Below, piece by piece: positions 15,843 to 23,974 of a DNA stretch of 32,659 nucleotides. Position 1 is the first letter of the stretch, and every line of letters begins with the position of its first letter. The stretch is from a virus. Lineage: Duplodnaviria > Caudoviricetes. The translations under genes were made by a program, and so were the position numbers. The notes under the pieces are model-generated. The model did no database searches and was not told the origin of the DNA. It was given only the letters and a program-made list of their open reading frames with translations. The stretch is from the IMG/VR virus record IMGVR_UViG_3300033076_001440, positions 1 through 32,659 of that record; one strand, given 5' to 3'.

Positions 15843-16252
15843 TTGGCACCTCCATCTTCCTGAGCTTCCTTCGGCTCTTTCGGTCCGTTGACCCACGTCT
15901 TGCACTCGTACCGCTTCACGCTGACCGTTTTCGTGACGGCCGGGAGCGTGAAGTTGTCATTCACCACAAAGGTCCGCTTCAACCCCTCGTTGATCGTCTG
16001 AGGGGTGGAGAACTCGTAAACGGTGCCGAACTCAACCGTGCGGCGTTTTTTCTCTCCGCTGCCTGACAAGTCCTTGAGCGCGGCCTCAAGGTACTCGTCG
16101 CTCTTCGCGTACATACTGCCCGCGGATGCCTTGGCCTTGAGGTGTTTGATGATGAGCTTTTCCACACGCTTCGGCAGAGTACCAGCGGTGCGGGGTTGGA
16201 GCTTGTACACTCGCTGCTTTCCTTCGGTGGGTTGGGGGGATTCGGATTTCAT
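15839..16252 (-). CDS. basic hypothetical protein (137 aa)
   Basis: C/A-rich leader, Lys-rich ORF in the early operon. Confidence 0.7.
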   Translation of the reverse strand: MKSESPQPTEGKQRVYKLQPRTAGTLPKRVEKLIIKHLKAKASAGSMYAKSDEYLEAALKDLSGSGEKKRRTVEFGTVYEFSTPQTINEGLKRTFVVNDNFTLPAVTKTVSVKRYECKTWVNGPKEPKEAQEDGGAK

Positions 16253-16281
16253 TGGATGGTGTTATGGTTGGGGGTTTGTGG

Positions 16282-16641
16282 TTATGGGGATTCTGGTTCG
16301 GGGTGCAGCTCGAACGTGTCGAAGTGCCGGGGGCATGGCTCGCTGGACAGCGGGCGGCTCATGTCGGCATCGACTGGCCCCTGAGTGAGGTAGGTGCCGA
16401 CGGCCTTTGCGATGAGGATGCGGACTTCCTCCGGGGATAGCCATTCAAGGCACCCCAGGCTCACCCCTATCTGCTTTTCCCTCATCTGGTCGAGGAGGGC
16501 GCGGGCGGCGGATGCCGGGGGGATTCCCTCCGCCTCGTGGGTCACGTCGAGGAGGCGGCTGAGGATCTGTCCGAGTGCCGTGTTCAGCACCTCCGCCGGG
16601 CTGCGTCCGGGGGCCGTTTCGGCGATGTCTGGTGGATTCAT
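16282..16641 (-). CDS. hypothetical protein (119 aa)
   Basis: ATG at 16641 (MNPPDIAET), helical, in the operon after the ATPase. Confidence 0.65.
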   Translation of the reverse strand: MNPPDIAETAPGRSPAEVLNTALGQILSRLLDVTHEAEGIPPASAARALLDQMREKQIGVSLGCLEWLSPEEVRILIAKAVGTYLTQGPVDADMSRPLSSEPCPRHFDTFELHPEPESP

Positions 16642-16768
16642 GTTAGCAGGCGATTTAAGCGTGTTTCGGGGTGGGGGTGCGGTGGTCACACTGTCCGGCG
16701 GGTAGGATTCGGCTGGCGGTTTGCGCCCATGTGCGCCTAGGCCAGTCCGTTTCCGGACCCGGTGGCGT

Positions 16769-17812
16769 TCATCTGCGGGTGCGGTTTTTGGCTGCGATGG
16801 CACTCGAAATCTCCGCCACCAGAGCTGGCGTCGCCTCATCCCCCATCTCCACGGCGGCGGACCTCACGTCGCGGATAAAGGCCCGGAGCCCCGCCGTCTC
16901 ACTCAGTCGGCTCAGGTTGCCGCTCACCTCGTGCCGCTCGCGATCCGTCCAGCCGCTCAGATCCAGACTCACCCCCAACAGATCTAGGACCTCCGCCGCA
17001 TCCGGGGCTGTCAACTTGAGTACGTCCAGCGTGCGATTCACGCGGAGCTGGCGGCTCTCCTCTGAGGCGCTTTCGGTTAGCTTCCTCCACAGAGTATCCA
17101 TCGCCCCCAGAATAAAATGCACCGCGTTCCCGCGCTCCGCCATGTCATTGCACCAGTCCTTGATGGAGTTGACGCCGCGGGCGGTGAGGTACTGCGCCTC
17201 GTCGATCATGATGATCGCATCGCCTAGGGCTGCCAGCGCATCACTCACCTGCCGGTGCCGCCGGGCCGTCGTCGGACCCAAGTCCTTTTCCCCCAGCGCA
17301 TGGAGCCAATCCCCCAGCATCTCGTGCAAACTGTCCCATGACTGCCGCCCGCGAATCCTCACAACCTTCCGGCCCTCGCCCAAGCGGCTCTCTGCCAAGT
17401 CAAGGAGCGATGTCTTGCCAGATCCCGTGCCACCCTCCACCAGGAGGACGCGGCGCAGGCCGCGTTGCTGGCGGAGTGCCCGCAGCGCATCGGCGAAGAC
17501 GCGGGTGTGGGGCAGATCAATCAGTGCGCCTTCGTCGCCGCGGGCATCTTCATCTGCCAGCGCCGTCGGCAGACCGCTCAGGCGCATCAGCCATTTCTCC
17601 GGGGACCGGCGCTCCCATTCCGATGACGGGCGGGTGAGGAGGAGACGATAGGTTTTCGAGGAGCCAAAGTAGGACCGGAACCGTTCGATGAAACGGACCT
17701 GCGGCATCTCGCGGCTTTTGCGCCACGCCTCCGCCTGCTGAACGATGCGGCGGACGGATTCTTCTGCGGTTTCAATGTGTGCGACAACGTCGCCTTCTGG
17801 GATTTGATTCAT
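16769..17812 (-). CDS. MuB-like AAA+ transposition ATPase
   Basis: Walker A GGTGSGKT, Walker B IMIDEAQ, QLRVNR arginine-finger region, N-terminal HTH-like part. Downstream of the transposase. Confidence 0.88.
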   Translation of the reverse strand: MNQIPEGDVVAHIETAEESVRRIVQQAEAWRKSREMPQVRFIERFRSYFGSSKTYRLLLTRPSSEWERRSPEKWLMRLSGLPTALADEDARGDEGALIDLPHTRVFADALRALRQQRGLRRVLLVEGGTGSGKTSLLDLAESRLGEGRKVVRIRGRQSWDSLHEMLGDWLHALGEKDLGPTTARRHRQVSDALAALGDAIIMIDEAQYLTARGVNSIKDWCNDMAERGNAVHFILGAMDTLWRKLTESASEESRQLRVNRTLDVLKLTAPDAAEVLDLLGVSLDLSGWTDRERHEVSGNLSRLSETAGLRAFIRDVRSAAVEMGDEATPALVAEISSAIAAKNRTRR

Positions 17813-17836
17813 GATAGGGGGATTTGGGGGTTGGGG
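17808..17836. repeat. 29-bp direct repeat, copy 1
   Basis: TTCATGATAGGGGGATTTGGGGGTTGGGG, 28/29 identical to 18872-18900. Confidence 0.9.
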
Positions 17837-17838
17837 AT

Positions 17839-18168
17839 TCAGTCTCCGTAGCCAAGGAGGATCGGGGTGGTGGGGGCAGGCAGTCGCTTGGCGGCGGTGG
17901 CCTTCGGCTTGGGCTTGTCAGGGAGAGGGATGAGGTTGACCTGCTTCACTCCCATCGCTCCAACCGGGTGGAGATGGATCACGGGGGATTCCCTGTATCC
18001 TCCCTCAATTCCGTCAGGGAAGTGGTCCTCCTCCAATGCCGTGCATCGTTCGAGGATTCGCATAAGGTCCGTGGCAGCCTTTATGGACGGCACCGTCAGT
18101 TTGATCGGTCCCTTGTAGCTATCGGCTCCAAACAAACCCTCCACCGTCAGAATGATCGTCTTACTCAT
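17839..18168 (-). CDS. hypothetical protein (109 aa)
   Basis: 8-bp overlap with the upstream gene, coding-like. Confidence 0.7.
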   Translation of the reverse strand: MSKTIILTVEGLFGADSYKGPIKLTVPSIKAATDLMRILERCTALEEDHFPDGIEGGYRESPVIHLHPVGAMGVKQVNLIPLPDKPKPKATAAKRLPAPTTPILLGYGD

Positions 18169-18505
18169 GGCTGTCGGCGGCGGGTTGAGGGTTGCTGTTC
18201 TCGTTGATGAGACTCGTCAGGGTCTCTTGGAGGAGCGTGCGGAATGCTTCGATCCTTGATTCTGTGTCCCAGTCCATCAGCGCAGCCTCCGCGATGCCCG
18301 GCACAAGCATGGTGCCGGTGCTCGTATGCCGCGAGTGACGGGTGAGTGCTTCCCAGACCAAATGCAGCTCGCCTTCAATCAATGGCAACGTTGATGACGA
18401 TGTTATGATGCGTGATTTCCCGGGGATGATAAACACGCAGCCGGAGCCGGGGAGTGCGTAGGCTGTCACCCAGTTCTGGATCTTGATGCCTGTGGTGCTG
18501 TTCAT
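18161..18505 (-). CDS. conserved Mu-like early protein (SRH...TMLVPGIAEA motif)
   Basis: ATGA overlap. The motif recalls the RHxYDGxTLLVPGIPEA family of Mu-like early regions. Confidence 0.65.
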   Translation of the reverse strand: MNSTTGIKIQNWVTAYALPGSGCVFIIPGKSRIITSSSTLPLIEGELHLVWEALTRHSRHTSTGTMLVPGIAEAALMDWDTESRIEAFRTLLQETLTSLINENSNPQPAADSHE

Positions 18506-18876
18506 CGCACGAGAGCGGTTGGGGTTTCCTCCTCCACATCTGCCACGGCCGTCCCGCAGAAAGCCCATGTGTTGGCGCATTCGTCAGGCAGGGTGAAAAC
18601 CTCGGCGCTGTGCCACCGGCCCCGGCGGATCACCAGCATCACCGTTCCGGATTCCGGCATGGTGGCCAGCCCGGTCGTACCCTTGGCGATGCGGTACCAC
18701 ATGATGACCCCGTTGATGTTGATGTTGATCCGGCCGCGGACCACATTCGCCCGGCGGAGCACGGGGAAGAATTGAGGCGTCGTCACCGGCGTCGGTTTGA
18801 GGAGCGGGCGGAGACCTCCTTGGAGGTAATCGTGGATGCGGAAGTTTTTCTTCCGCAGAGGTTCGTGTGTTTTCAT
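18502..18876 (-). CDS. stand-alone paralog of transposase C-terminal beta-barrel domain (124 aa)
   Basis: FFPVLRRANVVRGRINININGV...GTVMLVIRRGRWHSAEVF...FCGTA aligns by eye with transposase LLPIKACRVVIKQRVSITLTGY...HRLLVAFHPGRPEEGAQLF...YLGTG. Confidence 0.65.
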   Translation of the reverse strand: MKTHEPLRKKNFRIHDYLQGGLRPLLKPTPVTTPQFFPVLRRANVVRGRINININGVIMWYRIAKGTTGLATMPESGTVMLVIRRGRWHSAEVFTLPDECANTWAFCGTAVADVEEETPTALVR

Positions 18877-18900
18877 GATAGGGGGATTTGGGGTTTGGGG
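18872..18900. repeat. 29-bp direct repeat, copy 2
   Basis: TTCATGATAGGGGGATTTGGGGTTTGGGG. Confidence 0.9.
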
Positions 18901-18907
18901 TGAATTG

Positions 18908-20677
18908 TCAGGCGATGGTTTCCCAGTCGGGGGTGGCGGCGGCGCGGCGGGCGCGGAGTTCGGCGAGTGATGGGGCGGACCGGCGCGGCTCCGGCGCTGG
19001 GGTGGCGGCTGCCTCCGGGCGGCCGGTGCCGCCGGTGGCGTGTTGGAGGACACGGCCCATGGCGTCCGCCCGGCGGGCCACACTCACCACTCCGCCGGTG
19101 GTGGCCTTGGCTGCCCTCAACTCGCTCTGCACCGCTTGGCGTGCCCGCTTGTGGGCGGAGTGATCCCCGGTGCCGGTGAAGTCTTCCATGGGGACGGGGG
19201 CGAGGTATTCGCCGGTGCCCAGATACTCACCCCAGCGGATGCCGTCGCGATTCAGTGAGGATCGCACCTCCCCGTTGAACAATTGCGCCCCTTCCTCCGG
19301 ACGGCCCGGGTGGAAGGCAACGAGGAGCCGGTGCCCGTTGTCGAGGAGGGGGAGGGAACCGTTGACGGCGGCGAAGTCGAACCTGCCGTATCCTGTCAGG
19401 GTGATGGAGACCCGTTGCTTGATCACCACGCGGCACGCCTTTATCGGCAGCAACCGCCACAGGTCCCCTGTCGGGATGGCGCGCCGGGTGTAGGTGTCAG
19501 CCCACAGATCATTCGGCACCGCGTAGCCTGACAGAAACTCCCGATGCTTCGGCTTGGCGTTGTCCATCTCCATCTGTGCCCACACCTCATCCGCCGCCTC
19601 AGCGATTGACCACAGCGCCCTCAGCGCCTCCTCATTCCCACGCTTTGCCGCACTCACGATGCGGGTCGCACGTTCCAGCTCACCAGTCCGCTCACTGCCC
19701 ACACCGGTTGACCGTCCCCGGAGGCGGCTTTGTAGATAGGAAAACCCACCCTCAATCGTCTTGTGCTGCGGTTTGAACTTCCGGCGGATGCGCATGATGG
19801 CGTCCAGCCCTCCCCACCGCTCGCCATCTTCCCGGCCCCATCCGCTCTCCACCCGGACCCCGTCGATGAAGTCGTTCTCCCACGGCCCGCGCTCCAATGC
19901 CCAGTAATAAGGAAGCCCGCATTCCGCGATCACGCTGGCCATGTGGTCCGCGATGTCCACTTTGGTGTAGGCGTCCCCCTCTCTTGATAGCGCCATCACC
20001 CCCAGCCACCGGCCGGAATACACGTCCCGGGTGGCGAGGCACTGGCGGTTGACCGCCGTCCCCTCCGGACCCGCGGCCGTGAACGGTTGCTCAATCGAAA
20101 CGTCATCACTCACATATCCATACCCAGCGAGGAGCTGGATGTCCCGGATGCCGCCCTCTGCATCCCAGTCGCGAATCGTCATCACGCGCCTCACAGATAG
20201 CGCCCCGTCATTCGCCGCCTTTTGGCCGCGGATCATCGCACGCTCACCGGCAGAGAGACGGCAGGCGGCGAGCACGGCCCGCGGCAGCCGGGTGTCCCAG
20301 CGCCCACCCCGCGCCCGCTCCGCGCTGATCAGTGCGCCCAGCTCAGCGGAGGGTGCGGGGTGCGGTGGTGAGGGCAGGGGGCAGGCACCGGTCGCCACCC
20401 ACGTCCCTGCGTATTCCAACGCAAGCGGGGTGGATTGCGTCCATGCGGCCAGCCAGCGCAGTGCGAGGGCGTCGCTCTCCGCCACCACGAACCTCGGCTT
20501 GCGGCCTTTCTTGACCGGTGCCCGGTCGTCAGGATTCGGCTCTGCCTTCCACCGAAGGTACGACGCATGGGAGACCCCGGCCCGCAGGCATGCGGCGCGG
20601 ACACTGAGGGATGGTTCCGTGGACAGGATCGCATCCACAGACGCTGCTAGTCGTTGTCTCTCCATGAAGTCTCTCAT
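18908..20677 (-). CDS. MuA-like DDE transposase
   Basis: N-terminal HTH (SVRAACLRAGVSHASYLRW), RNase-H core YVSDD...RDVYSGRWLG...GLPYYWALERG...PQHKTIEGGFSYLQ, and a C-terminal barrel. Confidence 0.9.
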   Translation of the reverse strand: MRDFMERQRLAASVDAILSTEPSLSVRAACLRAGVSHASYLRWKAEPNPDDRAPVKKGRKPRFVVAESDALALRWLAAWTQSTPLALEYAGTWVATGACPLPSPPHPAPSAELGALISAERARGGRWDTRLPRAVLAACRLSAGERAMIRGQKAANDGALSVRRVMTIRDWDAEGGIRDIQLLAGYGYVSDDVSIEQPFTAAGPEGTAVNRQCLATRDVYSGRWLGVMALSREGDAYTKVDIADHMASVIAECGLPYYWALERGPWENDFIDGVRVESGWGREDGERWGGLDAIMRIRRKFKPQHKTIEGGFSYLQSRLRGRSTGVGSERTGELERATRIVSAAKRGNEEALRALWSIAEAADEVWAQMEMDNAKPKHREFLSGYAVPNDLWADTYTRRAIPTGDLWRLLPIKACRVVIKQRVSITLTGYGRFDFAAVNGSLPLLDNGHRLLVAFHPGRPEEGAQLFNGEVRSSLNRDGIRWGEYLGTGEYLAPVPMEDFTGTGDHSAHKRARQAVQSELRAAKATTGGVVSVARRADAMGRVLQHATGGTGRPEAAATPAPEPRRSAPSLAELRARRAAATPDWETIA

Positions 20678-21555
20678 TACTGAGGGTTGAGGATTTCAGT
20701 GATCACGGCCCGGAATCCCTCCGGCCATTCGGCGGCCTCTTTGGTGAGGAGTGCCTTGGCGTTCTCGCGGTCCGCCTCCGCCCATTCGTCCCAGCCGCGG
20801 AGGTTAGAGACCATGGACTTCCACTTCGGAGCCCAGCTCGTGAACGATGTGGGGCGGCGGGGACCCCCGGCCGTTGCCGCACGCCCGGCCGCCGCATGGA
20901 TGAAGCGGCTGGGGTGCATCAGTCCCGCCAGAATCATGGGCTCATCACGCTCTCTGTCCGCCGGGTGCCCGGCGAAGTGGCGGAGGGCGGCCACGCATGC
21001 GCTGATGGTCTCGAATCGGCATCCGCATGCCTTCGCCGCCCCCTCTTGGGTGAGCAAACTCGCACCGGGGAGTTTGCTCCGGTCGCCCCCTCGTTTGGTC
21101 TGGAGGAGTGCGGTCTGATGCTGGCGGCAGTACAGGTATGCCAGCACGTACCCGGGAACATTCCGGCGGCTCAGGGTCTCCCGCGCCAGCGTCTCCGGAT
21201 CAATGTCCGTGACCTCAATCGCCGGGATCTCGCCACCCTTGCCGGTTTCCACGAAGACCTGTTTGGCCGCCGCCAATCGGGACCGTCCATCCACACATTG
21301 CTTGCGGTCTCCGACGCGGAGGAACTTGATGGGATCCATCACTCCGTACTGGCGGACCGATGCCAGCAATCTGGTCCAATCCTCGCCGGGCCGGTACTCG
21401 TCGTCTGAGGTGATGTCGTCAGGGTCCCGCTTGAGCAGCTCCGCCGCCGTTTCGAGGGTGGGGATGTAGGACAGGCTGGGAGCGTCGTCGATCTCCGTCA
21501 GCGGGATCATGATGATGGACGGCTTCACGGTCGATGGGGTGGGGGTGGGTTTCAT
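20677..21555 (-). CDS. ParB/Srx N-terminal domain protein with HTH
   Basis: LLASVRQYGVMDPI...VDGRSRLAAAK, SRRN, GGDRSK, TQEGAAKACGCRFETI. TAATG coupling to the transposase. Confidence 0.85.
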   Translation of the reverse strand: MKPTPTPSTVKPSIIMIPLTEIDDAPSLSYIPTLETAAELLKRDPDDITSDDEYRPGEDWTRLLASVRQYGVMDPIKFLRVGDRKQCVDGRSRLAAAKQVFVETGKGGEIPAIEVTDIDPETLARETLSRRNVPGYVLAYLYCRQHQTALLQTKRGGDRSKLPGASLLTQEGAAKACGCRFETISACVAALRHFAGHPADRERDEPMILAGLMHPSRFIHAAAGRAATAGGPRRPTSFTSWAPKWKSMVSNLRGWDEWAEADRENAKALLTKEAAEWPEGFRAVITEILNPQ

Positions 21556-21821
21556 TGTGCTAGTTGACGGTAAATGGATTCGGCGATGGCTGCGTCCGCG
21601 GCCCAGTCAACGTCATCGGACTGGAATGCCTCTGTGCGGGAGTGCTCGCGCCAGCGGTCCGCGGCGGCGGAGAGTGCTCGCATGATGATCAGCCGCTCTT
21701 CCCCGCTGACAAAATCTCCGATGCGGAGGGCGGGGGCAGTGGTAGGCACGGCAGAGTGAAAGTTGATACCCTCTGTGGGGAGCTTTTTGCGCGGTCTGCT
21801 TAGGGTTGGGGTGGTACTCAT
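21552..21821 (-). CDS. hypothetical protein (89 aa)
   Basis: AAATCCCCACCCCC leader before ATG 21821. ATGA overlap with the ParB-like gene. Confidence 0.65.
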   Translation of the reverse strand: MSTTPTLSRPRKKLPTEGINFHSAVPTTAPALRIGDFVSGEERLIIMRALSAAADRWREHSRTEAFQSDDVDWAADAAIAESIYRQLAQ

Positions 21822-21880
21822 GGGGGTGGGGATTTGTTTGCGTGTTTGCGTTGCGTACCTAGTGGGTAAAAAAGGGGCGC

Positions 21881-22075
21881 TCAGACGGCGTTCTTGGAGC
21901 GCCATTCGGCCAGTGCCGCACGGGCTGCGGGGCTGTCCACCTTCCCGGATGCTACCCGGGAGATATACCCGCGGCTGTATCCCAGGGCTGCTGCGGCCTT
22001 GCCCTGCCAGCCTTTTGGCCCGGGGCGACGCCGCAGATTTTCATAACGTTTGCGCGTTGCGGTTTCGTGTGACAT
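21881..22075 (-). CDS. Ner/Cro-like HTH regulator
   Basis: 64 aa, QGKAAAALGYSRGYISRVASG HTH, divergent from the repressor. Confidence 0.8.
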   Translation of the reverse strand: MSHETATRKRYENLRRRPGPKGWQGKAAAALGYSRGYISRVASGKVDSPAARAALAEWRSKNAV

Positions 22076-22165
22076 TTGTTTTTGGAACTGTTTCGGCAGT
22101 ATTTACCACAACTTAATGACTACGCAAACCAAAATTGCATCCGCACATGAAAATTTTGCGGATTG
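22076..22165. promoter_or_regulatory. divergent lysis/lysogeny switch region
   Basis: AT-rich 40-bp gap between divergent HTH genes. Minus-strand TTGCGT-16 bp-TAAATACT candidate promoter. Dyad ATCCGCA-N11-TGCGGAT at 22139-22163. Confidence 0.55.
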
Positions 22166-22535
22166 GCTTCGCGAGGCTCTGGAGAGTCGCGGTCTCAAAC
22201 CCGTCGATCTCGCACGGGGCTTGCGCATCCAACCCTCCACCATCACCCGATGGCTGGCGGGATCGGTGCCGCACGTTCACACGTTGGAGCGATTACAAAG
22301 GTACCTCGAAGGCCACCCGCTCGGCATGCCGGTGATCGAGCACACTCCCTCCGGCCCCTTGGAACTGCTCCGCCCCATCGTGCAGATAGATGATGTGCTC
22401 TATCAATTCCGGCACAACGATTTGGTGAAGCTGGCCCGCCTCCTCTCCATGCCTAACACCACAAAGGAGGTTGTGCTTGACCGGGTGTTCCGGGCGCTGG
22501 AACGTGAGGACGCAAAGCAACCCCCGCCACGATGA
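22116..22535 (+). CDS. XRE-family repressor (no S24 peptidase domain)
   Basis: FADWLREALESRGLKPVDLARGLRIQPSTITRWLAGSVP, classic XRE HTH. ATG at 22116. Confidence 0.85.
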   Translation: MTTQTKIASAHENFADWLREALESRGLKPVDLARGLRIQPSTITRWLAGSVPHVHTLERLQRYLEGHPLGMPVIEHTPSGPLELLRPIVQIDDVLYQFRHNDLVKLARLLSMPNTTKEVVLDRVFRALEREDAKQPPPR

Positions 22536-22969
22536 CTCCTCGCGTCTTCCCTCGCCTGTATCTGGCATCTGATGCCGAAGCTGCCGGACCGTATGATGCA
22601 CACGATGTGCTGGACTCGTTCCGTGCCGGATCACTCAGATGGGAACATCACGCCGCCATCGAAGGCACTGACGATTGGCAGCCTCTCGGAGACATCCTCC
22701 GCGCTTTTTTCCCAGGTCTCGTGATCGCCCCTCGTGTGGCCGATTCACCGGCTCCTCCCGTGGTGCAGATCCCTGTGTACACTGCACCGCCGCGACAATC
22801 GTTCATCGGCCGCCTGTTCGATTTCGTCGGTGCCTCCATCTTGATCATCGGAGGTGCCGCCATGATCATCCTTGGTATCCCGCTGATGGCCGTGCTGATT
22901 GGATTTATCCTCGTTCCCCTCGGCGTGTTCTTTGTGATCCTCGGCACCGTCATGCTTTTTAAGAGCTGA
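22532..22969 (+). CDS. GYF_2 (DUF4339)-like domain membrane protein
   Basis: GPY......L...FRAGSL......AIEGTDDWQPLGDI motif plus two C-terminal hydrophobic helices. ATGA overlap with the repressor. Confidence 0.75.
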   Translation: MTPRVFPRLYLASDAEAAGPYDAHDVLDSFRAGSLRWEHHAAIEGTDDWQPLGDILRAFFPGLVIAPRVADSPAPPVVQIPVYTAPPRQSFIGRLFDFVGASILIIGGAAMIILGIPLMAVLIGFILVPLGVFFVILGTVMLFKS

Positions 22970-22982
22970 CCTGATTCCCATC

Positions 22983-23030
22983 CGTCCGCTGCGTCATGCG
23001 GATTTGTGAGCCCGGGGTATGGGTGTTGCG
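22983..23030 (+). promoter_or_regulatory. putative activator-dependent late promoter (Mu P_lys equivalent)
   Basis: CGTCCGCTGCGTCATGCGGATTTGTGAGCCCGGGGTATGGG. Core 22991-23004 is identical to the reverse complement of 10637-10650. Confidence 0.7.
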
Positions 23031-23432
23031 ATGCAGCGCCTAGCCCCGTTTTTTATCTCCCTCCCCTCCACCATTGCCACTGCTGGCATCGTGGAAACGT
23101 CGGCAGATCCGCGCCCCATGCTGCTGTGGTACGTGTGCGCCGGTCTCTCTGTGCTGGTTTCTTTGGTGGTGGGGATTCTCGCCATCTTTGACTTCTTTGC
23201 CCGCCGCCGACAAGAGGCCCGCGCCGCGGAAACCGGCGGCTACGTCACCCACCCGCAGCTTAATAAGGAGCTGGCGCAGGTCTATGCCGAGTTCCGTCGG
23301 CTGTTTGAGGAATTGAGGAAGGACACTCAGATCCAAGCCAAGGAGACGCAACGCGCACTCCAGACCCTAGCTCAAGAAACCGCCAATCTCGAAGGTCGCA
23401 TCGAGGGCCTGCCGCCCCGCCGCACTCGATGA
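23031..23432 (+). CDS. membrane-anchored coiled-coil protein (Mu gp25/DUF2730-like position)
   Basis: One TM helix then YVTHPQL and a coiled coil ending LEGRIEG. Start is 23031 or 23019. Confidence 0.65.
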   Translation: MQRLAPFFISLPSTIATAGIVETSADPRPMLLWYVCAGLSVLVSLVVGILAIFDFFARRRQEARAAETGGYVTHPQLNKELAQVYAEFRRLFEELRKDTQIQAKETQRALQTLAQETANLEGRIEGLPPRRTR

Positions 23433-23465
23433 TCAGGACAGCACTCCGCCCAAACCAATATCCCC

Positions 23466-23645
23466 ATGAAAATCTCTGGAGCAATCGAACTGTTGAAAGC
23501 CGAGATGGATGAGACCGGAGACGGCGAACTCAACATCTACAACTCCCACGGGGATCGCATTGAGCCGACGGGTTTGGGTCATGGCTGCCGGGTCGGTAGC
23601 GATGGGCACGTTGTTGATACCGTCTACTTCTCCGATCTGGACTGA
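23466..23645 (+). CDS. small acidic hypothetical protein (59 aa, below ORF-track cutoff)
   Basis: ATATCCCC leader then MKISGAIELLKAEMDETGDGEL... Confidence 0.65.
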   Translation: MKISGAIELLKAEMDETGDGELNIYNSHGDRIEPTGLGHGCRVGSDGHVVDTVYFSDLD

Positions 23646-23677
23646 TCCTGTCCCAAACAATCCCCCTCACAATCCCC

Positions 23678-23944
23678 ATGGATCCACTCACAATCAAAGA
23701 CGTTCGCGAAGGCACCCTCCGGTACCTGTATCTGCACCCGGGCCTTGCCCTCTCCCTCAAGTCAATTGCGCGGGCTGTTCGCCGGGAGGGCGTGGAGGTG
23801 ACGGATGCAGACCTCGCGCAACAGATCGCCGTGCTCGTGACCGGGAATCTGATTGCCGACATCCCAGACCCCACCATGCCAGCCGTCCGCGCCTATCAGA
23901 TCACGGCTGACGGCATCAAGCACACCGAAACCAATCTCCTCTGA
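23678..23944 (+). CDS. Mu gp26-like winged-helix protein
   Basis: LRYL...TDADLAQQIAVLVTGNLI...YQITADGI wHTH pattern. Assigned partly by synteny. Confidence 0.65.
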   Translation: MDPLTIKDVREGTLRYLYLHPGLALSLKSIARAVRREGVEVTDADLAQQIAVLVTGNLIADIPDPTMPAVRAYQITADGIKHTETNLL

Positions 23945-23974
23945 CGCAAACCCCAACCCCACTCCCACCACACC

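Noticed and set aside
13816-16641. Gam, Mor/C, Kil or methyltransferase genes in the early region
   Set aside because: No recognisable motifs by eye. Left as hypothetical, and remote homology cannot be excluded without HMM searches.
16741-16776. Hammerhead ribozyme (CAGATGA...GAAA on minus strand)
   Set aside because: The core is CAGATGA, not CTGANGA, and GAAA is a hairpin loop rather than a junction strand.
17816-17836. G-quadruplexes in GGGGATTTGGGG tracts
   Set aside because: Usually only three G-runs, and they are explained as complements of C-rich translation leaders.
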